A DNA stretch of 64,000 bases from contig OX597814.1 in NCBI GenBank assembly GCA_951406725.2, positions 92,876,001-92,940,000 of the forward strand. Reading direction: 5' to 3'. The notes beneath the pieces are model-generated. The model was not told the origin of the DNA. It did not search any database and was given only the letters and a program-made list of their open reading frames with translations. The stretch comes from Octopus vulgaris (taxonomy: Eukaryota). The translations under genes were made by a program, and so were the position numbers. This document shows, in pieces, positions 1 to 13,275 of the stretch. Numbering within the stretch: position 1 is the first letter of the stretch; the number at the start of each line of letters is the position of its first letter.

Positions 1-679
1 CTACTCACTCAGGAATGTATATGTTGGCTGCAGTCATACTAAATGCACTATATCTGAAGAAAGGTAGGATGGTCATAACTGGAATGTCTTTGATTATAGA
101 TCTGCTCAATAAGAGATGACCTAGGAATTGCCCATTAGCATTCAACTTATTCTGTGAAATGTAATGCTTAGTTGTTGACATTGTTTTGATTTAATCATGC
201 ATTATCTCTTTGCTTTGAGACAGTGATGACGTGACCGTTTATTTCTAAAATGACATTATAAGGTAGGTGTGAGAAGTCGGATCTGGCTAGCTTCAACATA
301 AAACCAGTAACAATCACATAAATATACTATCATTTAAAACAATGTCACACTCAAAGATCATGTTTGTGTCATTCTAATTCTCAGCACATTTGTTATTGTT
401 GATGTTAAAACTGAGGCCAACCCTGATCAAGCAGGCTTATGATAAAGACATTCAAACCAGGGACTGTCTATCTCGTAGATGTATGTAGGGCTATAGTATC
501 TAACATGTCCTTCGTTTTTAAAGCTGGTAGGCTGTGATATGATATTTGAAGCTGTTAATAGATCATGTGGTTACATAGAGATTCTTACAATAATGATAAG
601 AGAGTTCTTGAAGTGGAAAACTATTCTGAGCACATTAGTATCAAAAACACATTTGAAAATAAATAAATGAACTACATAC

Positions 680-752
680 ATTTTCGATCAAAATGTGAGG
701 ATATTACTCTTTCAGAAGAATCCTTTTGTTCTGCTAACTTAGTCTCAATTGC
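680..752 (-). CDS. TXNDC16: TXNDC16-like exon ([24 protein letters not shown])
   Basis: actttcag acceptor, gtatgt donor, phase 0 to 1. Confidence 0.65.
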
Positions 753-2236
753 CTGAAAGTATTTGTAAAGAAAATAAACATTTATACAAAAACAAAATTA
801 TAAAAAATAACGACACACATACATATGTATGCCATATCACAACTCCTTAATGGCATTTGCTAGTGAGTGTCATCATAACATACAGCTTGTCTTGGGATGT
901 CAGAGCCCATCCCTCTCCGGGACTGACCACAATTGATTTATTCTAGAAGGAGAGATAGACAGAAAGAGTTCAAGAAAGAACAGCATTGACCTCAGTACAG
1001 GGCTAGTATTTTATTCATTGACACCAAAAGAATTAAAGGCAAGGTTGGCCTCAGCAAGATTTAAACTTAAAGCACAAAGCATCAGAATAAATGCTGCAAA
1101 CCAATTTATATGACATCTCTATCAATTGAGATTTATATATATATATATATAATTATGTGAAATAGAAAGATGAATAATCTTGTAGTAGATTAATCAAAAG
1201 TTTAACCGATACCTTAGTAGCAAAAATCACAGCAGTAAACAGCACGGTTGGAGGTACAACCATATGGTGTTGCAACCGTGCGTTGGTGCGGATAATTGAA
1301 ATTAAAATATTATTGGTGAATTGAAGAAATGGAGCTGAACGCAGATTGAACAGAAATCGTTTTATTTCATTCTCCACGTGTTTCGCCATGGGCTCTTAGG
1401 AGTCTAGTTCGATTTGTTTTTGCTCTGCCTCTGTTCTGTTTTTGTTTTTTCCAACGGATTTCCTATTTTCTTCCTGAAGAGAAAGACACAATATGGTCCC
1501 ATTATTCAATCGGATTTTGGTAAATTGTGCCTTTCGAAACACGTATAGAATGAAATAAAACGATTTCTGTTCAATCTGCGTTCAGCTCCATTTCTTCAAT
1601 TCACCAATAATATATATATATGATTGATTGATTGATTGATTGATTGATTCCAGTTCCAGCCTATGAGCTGTGGCCATGCTGGGGCACCGCCATTTGGTGT
1701 TGCTACTTGGTTTCACTTCATGGAGGCTTTCTAGCAACTGCTATTTGGTGCATGAGAGAGTTCGATGCAGCTGCCCTCATCTGCCCCTCCTGCCGTGAAG
1801 TTGGTTCATCTGGGACACCTGACAGGAAGAGATCCAGCTTCATTTTAAAGACATCTGTATATATATATATAATTATTATTATTATTTGAGGGAAAAGGAA
1901 AAAGGATTCAATTTAGAAATACTAAATCAAATTCCACACAATATAATATATATATAAAATATTAGAAAAAAACCACCTTTTATCAATTCAAAATGAATAA
2001 TTAAATTACACCATCTAGAAAATTACATATAATAGAAAAGTTAAAATTAAAATAACAATTAAAAAGTAAAGATTAAATAAATTACAAAAATAATATATAC
2101 ATTATATTATTTTTGTAATTTACTTAATCTTTACTTTTTAATTGTTATTTTAATTTTAACTTTTTATTATATGTAATTTTCTAGATGGTGTAATTTAATT
2201 ATTCATTTTGAATTGATAAAAAGTGTTTTTTTTCTA

Positions 2237-2322
<86 letters not shown>

Positions 2323-5079
2323 GGTAAAGACCTGCTTCAGTCATGAATGACCATGGTATTGCACCTAGAAAGTTACCCTCTGAGGCACAAGTCTGGGCAA
2401 AGTTGTTTATGGAAGACCACCAGTCACCAATGCATACCAACCTCCCCTCTCCATGCTTTTAATGTTATCCAAGGGAAAGGCAAAGGCACCAAAAAACCTT
2501 TTCCATTCGTTTGTTCAGTTTGGTCACTTTTGACTTTTTCGTTGTTGTCACTCACATTGCTGCCCACTTTTTTGCCGTTTTTGTATATTTTTATACATTT
2601 TGGGATACTTACCCCACGTGTTCCGAGAGTTAAAAAGGTCGAGTTGTGTCCCCTAGACAGTCTGTAGAAAATGTGTTGCATATAAAAAGCTTAGATTCTC
2701 GACCCATGTTGAATTTATCGATTTTTTTTTCAGAACTGGGGGAACTTTTCGAAATTTTCGCTGCGTTAGTTTTGAATTATGACATTGGGCTATGTGTGTG
2801 TCAAGTTTCATCAGAATCGGTTGAAAGCCGTGGTCAGGGTGAGGGTACAACCTGACAGACACACAGACAGACAAACTGCTGTTTATATATAGAGAGATTA
2901 CTGTTATTTCTTTATTTTCTGCAAACAAAATGCACAAAAAAGCTACACGTTTGCATTATGTTATGTATACAATGATAATAAAGTACGTTACCGTATACAT
3001 TTTTACAAACTAAGGATGTTATATAGACCTCCTTGACTCAAGTTAGAGAAGGGATGTGTACCATACACAAGGTTTAGGTTTTTCAGAGGTACAGCCCCCT
3101 GAAAATCCCTTGCATATTATACTCAAGGGCGGACTATACTCGCGGATTTACGGTATATATATATTCTGTGGAGTGGTTGGTGCTAGGAAGGGCATTCAGT
3201 TATAAAATGTTGCCAAAACAGACTCAGAATCATGGTGCAGCTCCTGTCAAACCAGCCAACCCATACCAGCATGGAAGGAAGAGATTAAACGATGATGATG
3301 ATGATAGTCAATATGAAATACATGTCCACATATGCATAATTTTGTGTGTGTGTGTGTGTAAATTTAATGCACAAGATATGGATTTAATGACACATACACA
3401 CCTAAAAAGCTCATAAAAAAGCTCCTTTAATAAATTTGGTTACAAACCACATAGTAAACCTAGAAAAAGCAAGGGAATGTAATGTAGTGTCTGATACAGT
3501 CCAAATCCAATAAATCCAATTGGTAATGATTATTACATTTGAAGTATATAATATATAAAGAAAGACAGGAGGCTTAAAATAAATATATTTCACTAGTTGA
3601 CATCCATATCGCAACAATCATTTTGCAGCCTTTATCATAGAGAAACAATTTATTTTAGTGAATAATAAATAATAAAAAAAGCTTGCTTATCAGACAAAAG
3701 AATATTATGTTTGCTGTGATTCATTAGCACAATATATATATCCAAATGCAGAGAATAGAAATATAAGTAATGAGAATAATGGCAAAATATTTTAAATCAG
3801 ATAATATGAATGACTATAATTATAGGTAATCCAAATAATATTAAGAATGGAAGAAAAAATAATTTATATAAGATTATTTTGTGGTTTAACCCCACCTTTC
3901 AGTCTAAATGTTGCTTCCAGTGCAGCAAAAAAGTTATTCCAAGCTATAGATAAACATTTCCTTAACCCTTCCGTTACCAACCCGGCTGAAACCGGCTCTA
4001 GCTCTGAGTACAAATGTCTTGTTTGCATAAGTTTTGAATTAAAATCTGCCACCAAACCTTAGTCACTATTTATGTTCCTAACACTAGCTGAATGATACCT
4101 AAGTTATTTTACTAAATATTTTGTTATATTTAAAGTAATTGAAAGAAACACAGAACATCTCAAAATAAATACAGTAACGAAAGGGTTAAATCTAGCTCAT
4201 ATCATAAGATTTTCAATAAACACACAGTCAGCTGTCCCTACTGGTCTCTATTTTCTATCATGTGTAGCAAGTTCGCTATGTTGTGTTCTATCCACTCCTT
4301 GATATTGCCAAACCAGGATTTTCTCTGTCTGCCTCTCTTTCTCCCTCCCTCAGTTGTGTCCTGAAGAATAGCTTTGGATAGAAATTGTGGCAGGATACCT
4401 GACTGAATGAGGCAAGCTTTCATCTTTTTACATATGCAAGGAGTGGTCCCTGTCTGCCAGCACATTTGTTGACTTTGTGCCTGACAAATTTGTTCATTTT
4501 CTGCTCTATGTACAAAATGTGTAGCAGCCTTCTGAAACACGTGCTGAAATGTCTGGATTTTATGCTCCCTGTCAGCTGTAAGAGTCCAGCCCTCATACTC
4601 ATACAGAAGGATCAAAGCCATCAGGGTCCTGTACACTATGAGTTTTGCGGGAAAACTAATGGAATTGCTTTTTCGTGTGTTATTCAATAACACACACATA
4701 TACACATTCACAAATATATACACATGGTATAAACAATCTTATAAGAAACTAAATGTTATTACATTATCATCAATGTCCATCTTTTGGATTGCTTTTAAGA
4801 TGGAAGGAACTTCAATATTTTGTTGAAATATTTCATCATAGCAAACTCCTTTGATTTTCAATCCTGACCACAAGTTGTAAGATTTACAATGAAGTAGCCA
4901 AACAAGTCTTCTTTTATTTTGAGTAGATGACTCCCTGGAAAAAATACAAAAAACAAAAAACAAGAAAAAAAACCCAAATAAATAGATAATATAGAAATAA
5001 AAAATGAATTTTATGCAATTTTATTTCATTGAATTTTATGTCTATCACTGTTTGAGTTGCCAATTAGTGGTTTTATCTC

Positions 5080-5135
<56 letters not shown>

Positions 5136-5276
5136 CATATATATAATGATAAGAGTAAATAATTTCTATAAAGGCTTTTAAAAAAAACCCAATTATTTAC
5201 TGGTAGAATTCGGTATGTAAATATAGCCGATTACCGGCATAGTTCTTTATATATATTGTGGTTTTATCTCTAATTA

Positions 5277-5322
<46 letters not shown>

Positions 5323-5608
5323 ATATACATATAAATTAATTAGAGATAAAACCACTATTAGGCAACTCAAACAGTGATAGACATGAACCAAAACATAAAA
5401 AACAAAAAATAAATATGATTAATATAATATATAATATATAAAATATATATATAAAATATTAAATTCAAAATTTAAATTATTAAAATTTTTAATTTTTAAA
5501 TTTATATATATATATATTTATATTAATTTATATTTATTTGTGAAATTTGATTTAATCCTAAATCTAATTTTTCCCTGTAAGTTTGGATATACTCCCTAAT
5601 ATTATTAT

Positions 5609-5656
<48 letters not shown>

Positions 5657-6427
5657 GTATATGTGTGTGGCAGGGTATTGCAGTAACCCTGTGTGTAGGT
5701 TAGTGTTGATATAATAGACTACCCATCAAAGACTAGTGTTGATAATATTGACAAACCTACTCCCTCAAAACTGCTAACCTAAATCAGAACCAATTATTTT
5801 ATGTATTCATAAAGTATTTACATAAGTATTGACAACTGGGAATGAAACATGTTTCTTTCCATCAATTCTGATGACCTCCCCCAGAAAGTACTTTTAGAAT
5901 ATTATCAGTTCCATTAAAAACACATTCTTGCTTGTAGTTGACACTTTTTTTTTCCTTTGTAGCTATTTAAGATAGAACAGAAAGTAAGCCCCCACCTAAG
6001 ATTTTCTTTATTTACTAATGTTGGAGAAAACAAGTGAAACAATTGCTGTACCATGTTTTTCTAGAGTTAGCAGAAAAGGTGGGGTCCATCTGTTCAAGGT
6101 ATATCTATTAATTGCTGTATATACTTATTTCCATAAAAAAAGAATGCTTAAATGAATATTTAGGGAAAAAAATATGTGGGGCAAAATCCTCTCATGGTAA
6201 ACAAATCTCTCTCATACAAAATATTCACCATAGTTCACAAAATATATATTCTATAGGTACAAGAGTGGCTGTGTGGTAAGTAGCTTGCTTACCAACCACA
6301 TGGTTCCAGGTTCAATCCCACTATATGGCACCTTGGGCAAGTGTCTTCTGCTATAGCCTCAGACCAACCAAAGCCTTATAAGTGGATTTGGTAGACGGAA
6401 ACTGAAAGAAGCCTGTCATATATATAT

Positions 6428-6471
<44 letters not shown>

Positions 6472-9218
6472 ATTTGTGTGTGTGTGTGCGTGTGTGTGTT
6501 TGTTCCCCAACATCACTTGACAACCAATGCTGTTGTGTTTATGTCCCTGTAAAAGGTTCGGCAAAAGAGACTAATATAATAAGTACTACAAGAATAAGTC
6601 CTGGGGTTGATCTGCTTGACTAAAGACAGTGCCCCAGCATGGCCACAGTCAAATGACTGAAATAAGTAAAAGAGTATATGTAAACAAGTTGCTGCCTTAG
6701 ACTGTAATGCATTATGTATGTCTTTTCATTGCATCATCACAGTGATAAACCTTGTCAACTTGGTTAGCCTCAGCCTGCTGTGTTTTGTAATATGTATAAC
6801 CTTCAGAACACCTTTGTATCATTTGCAATATGAAAATAATCTATCTATGATACAAATAAAGTACCAAGTCTTATGAATTGATATTTAGTGATTTCATCAT
6901 AGAATGGCTATCATCTGATAAAACAAAGCAATTGTCATGCATGCATATATAGCTCTGACCAGCTTTCAAAACTTTCACTCCACATAGCATGGCTAATACT
7001 ATAATATTATAATTCTCCTCTATAACTGCCAAACCATCCACAATACAACAGTAATGTTAATGTTGGCATTCTGCTACAGTCAATAGAGGAGTACATATAT
7101 GCCTTCATTTCTTATTTTATTGAATTTATGTTTGTTAACCCTGGCAAAGATAGCTTTGACAAAACTGGGTCATAAATAGGGATAATTCCCCATTTAGGCA
7201 GTAGTGGCTCTTTATTTTTAAATACAAAGTAGAGGGCTCTTTATGAATGTCTTATCATAAAGCTCATGGAAGCATATGGAAGAAACTTAAGTCACAGTCC
7301 AATGGCTGAAACATGTAGAAAGCAAAATAAAAAATTAATAATAATATGGGATGTATATATTAATAATTGAAAATATATCAAGTTCTATGATAGCACTATA
7401 CTTACTTCAAATCACTAACTACTTGTATACTGTTTGTCAAGATAAATTCTTCTGTACCATTATTTTGATATGCAGCTTCCAAAAATGTTCTTTGTTCTAT
7501 GAAAGAGAGATGATAATCATGATTGCTATTTTATTTATGAAATTTTAGTCTGTTTGAATTACCACGAATTACCTTTTTGAATTACCATAGAAGCCAGAAA
7601 AATGAAGCAGTATAGCAGCTGCTGATCCCCTACTGAACCTCTACCAAGGCATTCCAACTATGACAGTCTCAGCTTTTTGGAGTTATGTAGGGCTATATTG
7701 TGTCTTCATGAAGACGTAATGGCTCAGTGGTTAGAGTATCAAGATTACAGTTATGAGGTTGTGAGTTCAATTCCTGGATTGGGCTGTGTTGCATTCTTGA
7801 ACAAAACACTTTATTTCACATTGCTCCAGTTCACTCAGCTATAGAAATGAGTTGCAATGTCACAGGTGCTAAGCTGTAATCAGCCTTTGCTTTCCCCTTG
7901 GACAACATCAGTGGCGTGGAGAGGGGTGGATGGTATGCATGGGTGACTGCTGGTCTTCCATAAAGAACCTTGCTCAGACTTGTGCCTCAGAAGGTAACTT
8001 TCTAGGTGCAGTACCATGGTCATTCATGTCTTTTACTCCTTACTCCTAGGACTATATTATATAACGTGTGTCCTTTCCTTAATAAAAACAATGGGACACT
8101 GTGTATGAGTATGAAGCTATATTTTTAGAGCAGCATTGATAAGAAGTTTGTTTCTTAGTTATGTGGTTTCAGGTTCAGTCCCACTATGTGAAACCTTGGG
8201 TCAGAGTCTTCTACTATAGCCCTGGGCTGACAAGAGCCTTCAGAGTAGATTTGGTTGATGTAAACTGTAAGAAGCTTATCATATATATATATATATATTG
8301 TTTAAAACTCGCCAAGAAAAATTTTGAAACCACCTGATGAATGACTGCGACTCAAAAATTTAAAGACAGCAGGCAGGAAACGATCGTAGTGGATATTAAA
8401 TATATTTTTTAATAATTGTTACATATTTAAATAATATAAATTAATCATATGTATTGGCTTAAGTCTTTCATTGTTTGATTTGCCTAATAGTGGTTTTGTC
8501 TCTAATTTAATATAATATATATATATATATATATGTATATACATATGCACAGATGCACAGAGCAAGTTTACTGTACTCCTTTTATTGATTTTTCTATATA
8601 ATATGTCTTCCAATCCAGAACAACACTTGCCTGTATGTAATAGACTCAATGTGATACTTGCAACAGTAAGCAAGTCATTCACAAACCTTTCTGAATTTTG
8701 CTTAAAGTGGTTTCAAGCAACATTAAGAGTACAAAAGAAATGAATAAACTAAGCAATAAAAAAGAAAGAGAATTCACTGACCAATTGAATCCGGATATAA
8801 GAAATATCCCAAAACAACATTTTTTAAGTCCTGACATCTTACAATAATGTTGATACGTTCATCTTTGGTACGGATTTTATGCAATTTCTGTTTCAGTAAC
8901 ATCCTGTCAATATAAAATTATATATTTTTATTATTTATTATATATATTATTGTTTAATTGCTAGATACTCTTTTACTTTTTTACTTGTTTCAGTCATTTG
9001 ACTGTGGCCATGCTGGAGCACCGCCTTTTAGTCGAGCAAATTGACGCCAGGACTTATTCTTTGTAAGCCTAGTACTTATTCTATTGCCGAACCACTAAGT
9101 TACTAAGTCTCTTTTGCCGAACCACTAAGTTACGGGGACGTAAACACACAAGCATCGGTTGTCAAGCAATGTTGGTGGGGAAGGACAAACACAGACACAC
9201 AAACATATACACACACAC

Positions 9219-9250
<32 letters not shown>

Positions 9251-10447
9251 CATCATCATCATCATTAAGGAATAACATAAATAATATATAAATATATGCT
9301 TACATACATACATGTACATACCTACATGTACATGTATGTATGCATATATTTATATATTATTTATATTATTCCTTAACGATGATGATGATGATGATGATAT
9401 ATATATATATAATATATATACGACAGGCTTCTTTCAGTTTCCATGTATCAAATCCACTCACAAGGTTTTGGTCAGCCCAAGGCAATAGTAGAAGACACTT
9501 GCCCAAGGTGCCACACCGTCGGACTGAACCCGGAACCATGTAGTTCGTAAACAAGCAACTTACCACACAGCCACTGAATACATTATATTATAATATCATT
9601 AGAACAGACAGTTTCATGGAAAGAAAGTATGGTGTCTTTTATCAATTATTTTTACTTGTTTTTGTCACTGGATTGTGGCCCTGCTGGAGCACCACCTTGA
9701 AAGGTTTTGTTGACCACATCGATACCAGTATTTATTTTTTGAAGGCTGTTACTCATTCTGTCTATTTATTTTGGTGAACTGCTACATTGCAGGGATGTAA
9801 ACACACTAACAATGATTGTGAAGCAGTGATAGACAAATACACACACATACACACACACACATACATACATATATTTTTGATGGATTTCTTTCAGGTTCCA
9901 TCTACCAAATCCAATCACAAGGTTTTGGCTGACCAAAGGCTATTGTAGAAGAACCTTGCCTAGGGTGTCACAGTGGGACTGAACCCAGGAACATGTGGTT
10001 GGGAAGCAAACATATTACTATACAGCCACATGTCCATTAAGAAAATAAGAGCTGGTTATCAAATAAATGTAGGTGTTTTAGAACATGAAAAGCAATTGTG
10101 TGGGGGGGGGAGGTCCACGCATTTGTGTGCATATGTGTGCATCATCATCTAATATCCCTTTCCATGTTGGTATCTGTTGGATTTTTCAACAAGATCTAAT
10201 GTGTTGGAGGGCCATGTGATGTTCCAATTTCTGTTTAAGCATGATTTCTATAGCTTGATTCTCTTCCTAATGTCAGTTTGCCACCAATTTTGCAGAGTGT
10301 ATTGAGTGCTTTTTTTCTATGGCACCATTACTTGTGTGGTTGCCTTGCAACTTGCAAGATTAAATGGCTTTAATAAGACTCCTATAATAGGAGAGAGGGC
10401 ATGATTATACTCAGTAAAGTTATGAGGAACAATGAAGTATGAGAGGA

Positions 10448-10485
<38 letters not shown>

Positions 10486-12031
10486 ATAAATCTCTAAGCG
10501 AGGTATAAACAGTAACTGCTCTGTAATATAAGCGGGACCAGCCATCTGAATGTGGCTAGGGACAGGGCGGGGTGGTGGAGGTGTTACTGATGCATTTAGC
10601 CCCAGGCGACTATAGACGTCACCAGGAGAGCCAACACCATCACGGTGTCCTTGCTAGCCTGCAGAGGGAGATCAGCCTCCCCGAAGATACGGATGCTACA
10701 CACGGACCGGTTTCGAGGTGGTCGCCTCTCGTCAGCGCATGGCAAGCACCGTTCTTCGTTGAGGGACTTCCTCTACAGGTTAGAAATATATAGATTTTCA
10801 CTGTAAACACAGTCACTGGCGTCGAAAATCTGTTCGATAACAATAATAAATCTCTAAGCGAGGTATAAACAGTAACTGCTCTGTAATATAAGCGGGACCA
10901 GCCATCTGAATGTGGCTAGGGACAGGGCGGGGTGGTGGGGGTGTTACTGATGCATTTAGCCCCAGGCGACTATAGACGTCACCAGGAGAGCCGATACCAT
11001 CACTGTGTCCTTGCTAGCCTGCAAAGGGAGATCAGCCTCCCCGAAGATACGGATGCTACACACGGACCGGTTTCGAGGTGGTCGCCTCTCGTCAGCGCAT
11101 GGCAAGCACCGTTCTTCGTTGAGGGACTTCCTCTACAGGCTAGAAATATATAGATTTTCACTGTAAACACAGTCACTGGCGTCGAAAATCTGTTCGATAA
11201 CAATAATAAATCTCTAAGCAAGGTATAAACAGTAACTGCTCTGTAATATAAGCGGGACCAGCCATCTGAATGTGGCTAGGGACAGGGCGGGGTGGTGGGG
11301 GTGTTACTGATGCATTTAGCCCCAGGCGACTATAGACGTTCCCAGGAGAGCCGACACCATCACGGTGTCCTTGCTAGCCTGCAGAGGGAGATCAGCCTCC
11401 CCGAAGATACGGATGCTACACACGGACCGGTTTCGAGGTGGTCGCCTCTCGTCAGCGCATGGCAAGCACCGACGAGAGGCGACCACCTCGAAACCGGTCC
11501 GTGTGTAGCATCCGTATCTTCGAGGAGGCTGATCTCCCTTTGCAGGCTAGCAAGGACACCGTGATGGTGTCGGCTCTCCTGGTGACGTCTATAGTCGCCT
11601 GGGGCTAAATGCATCAGTAACACCCCCACCACCCCGCCCTGTCCCTAGCCACATTCAGATGGCTGGTCCCGCTTATATTACAGAGCAGTTACTGTTTATA
11701 CCTCGCTTAGAGATTTATTATTGTTATCGAACAGATTTTCGACGCCAGTGACTGTGTTTACAGTGAAAATCTATATATTTCTAGCCTGTAGAGGAAGTCC
11801 CTCAACGAAGAACGGTGCTTGCCATGCGCTGACGAGAGGCGACCACCTCGAAACCAGTCCGTGTGTAGCATCCGTATCTTCGGGGAGGCTGATCTCCCTT
11901 TGCAGGCTAGCAAGGACACCGTGATGGTGTCGGCTCTCCTGGTGACGTCTATAGTCGCCTGGGGCTAAATGCATCAGTAACACCCCCACCACCCCGCCCT
12001 GTCCCTAGCCACATTCAGATGGCTGGTCCCG

Positions 12032-12080
<49 letters not shown>

Positions 12081-12297
12081 AATCTCTGAGCGAGGTATAA
12101 ACAGTAGCTGCATGACATCGTGAAGTATATTTGCCACTTAAATGTGGCTAACCCTTTAGGGTCGATGCTACTGTAGCTTGTAACCCCAGGAGGCACAGAA
12201 AGTGTGTCAATAGCCAGGTGGAGGAGGTGTCCTCCTGAGGCTACAAGCTACCGTAGCATCCACCCTTAAGTGTTAGCCACGTTTAAGCGGCAAATAT

Positions 12298-12349
<52 letters not shown>

Positions 12350-13118
12350 CATACATATATATACACACACGCTTTAGTAAGTTTGTAACCCAGAAAGAGT
12401 AACAAAATAGACACTATTCTGTGAGTGAGTGTGTGTGCATGTGCGTGCATATCTACATGTGTGCGTGTGTGTCTTTGTGCATGCTCATGCATCTAAAGTA
12501 CTTGTTTTGTTAAGTCAAAATGCAGCAGTTGTTACAGAAAGAGAGACTGGGGGTGAAGCAATAGAAAAATCAAGGCAACAAATATGTGGATATGGTAAGT
12601 AATGTTACAATCACCCAAATATAAATGTACTTTTATTTCTCTTTTGTACACTCAAACATTTATGTTCACATGCTTGAGAAGACACATCGAGCTGATTAAA
12701 ATTGAGGTCGTAGCTGGTGCCAGTGCCATGCGAAAGGTATCCATGCTAGTAACACGTAAAAAGCACCAGTGCCAATGACATATAAAAGACATCTGGCACA
12801 CTTATAAGGTGGTTGGCATTAAGAGGGGCATCCAGCTGTAGAAACCAAAACAGACTGGAACCTGGTTCATCTCCTCAGTTTACTAGCTCCAGTCAAACCA
12901 TCTAACCCAGCGTCTCTCAACCGGGGTTCCCTGGAACCCAAGGGTTCTGCAAAAAGTTCCTAGGGGTTCTGCGAGAAAGAGTGAGATAAGTTAATGCTAA
13001 TTTCTTGAATGTAATATTACTATACATGTACAACATATTATTGGTTATTGTAATTGTAATATTGTAATATAGACATCATCCTATCTAACCCATTATGATT
13101 ATCAAAAAAATATAACAA

Positions 13119-13186
<68 letters not shown>

Positions 13187-13193
13187 ATGTATT

Positions 13194-13275
<82 letters not shown>

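Larger units (their letters stand above)
10482..12033. mobile_element. Tandem plus inverted array of a 360-bp hammerhead-containing monomer (non-LTR retrozyme / Penelope pLTR-like)
   Basis: Direct units begin at 10482, 10842 and 11202 (last one partial, to 11470). 11471-12033 is the reverse complement of 10891-11453. Flanked by (TA)n on both sides. No credible ORF. Confidence 0.85.

Noticed and set aside
6264-6335. tRNA gene
   Set aside because: The A/B-box-like head continues into a SINE body and lacks a full cloverleaf; it is one of many dispersed SINE copies.
10572-11992. Repeated 67-90 aa ORFs ([16 protein letters not shown]..., [10 protein letters not shown]...)
   Set aside because: They are by-products of the GC-richer 360-bp repeat, mostly with non-ATG starts and no recognisable domain; RNA structure explains the sequence better.
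10482-12033. CRISPR-like array interpretation
   Set aside because: Units are full-length near-identical 360-mers without unique spacers, there are no cas genes, and the context is a eukaryotic intron.
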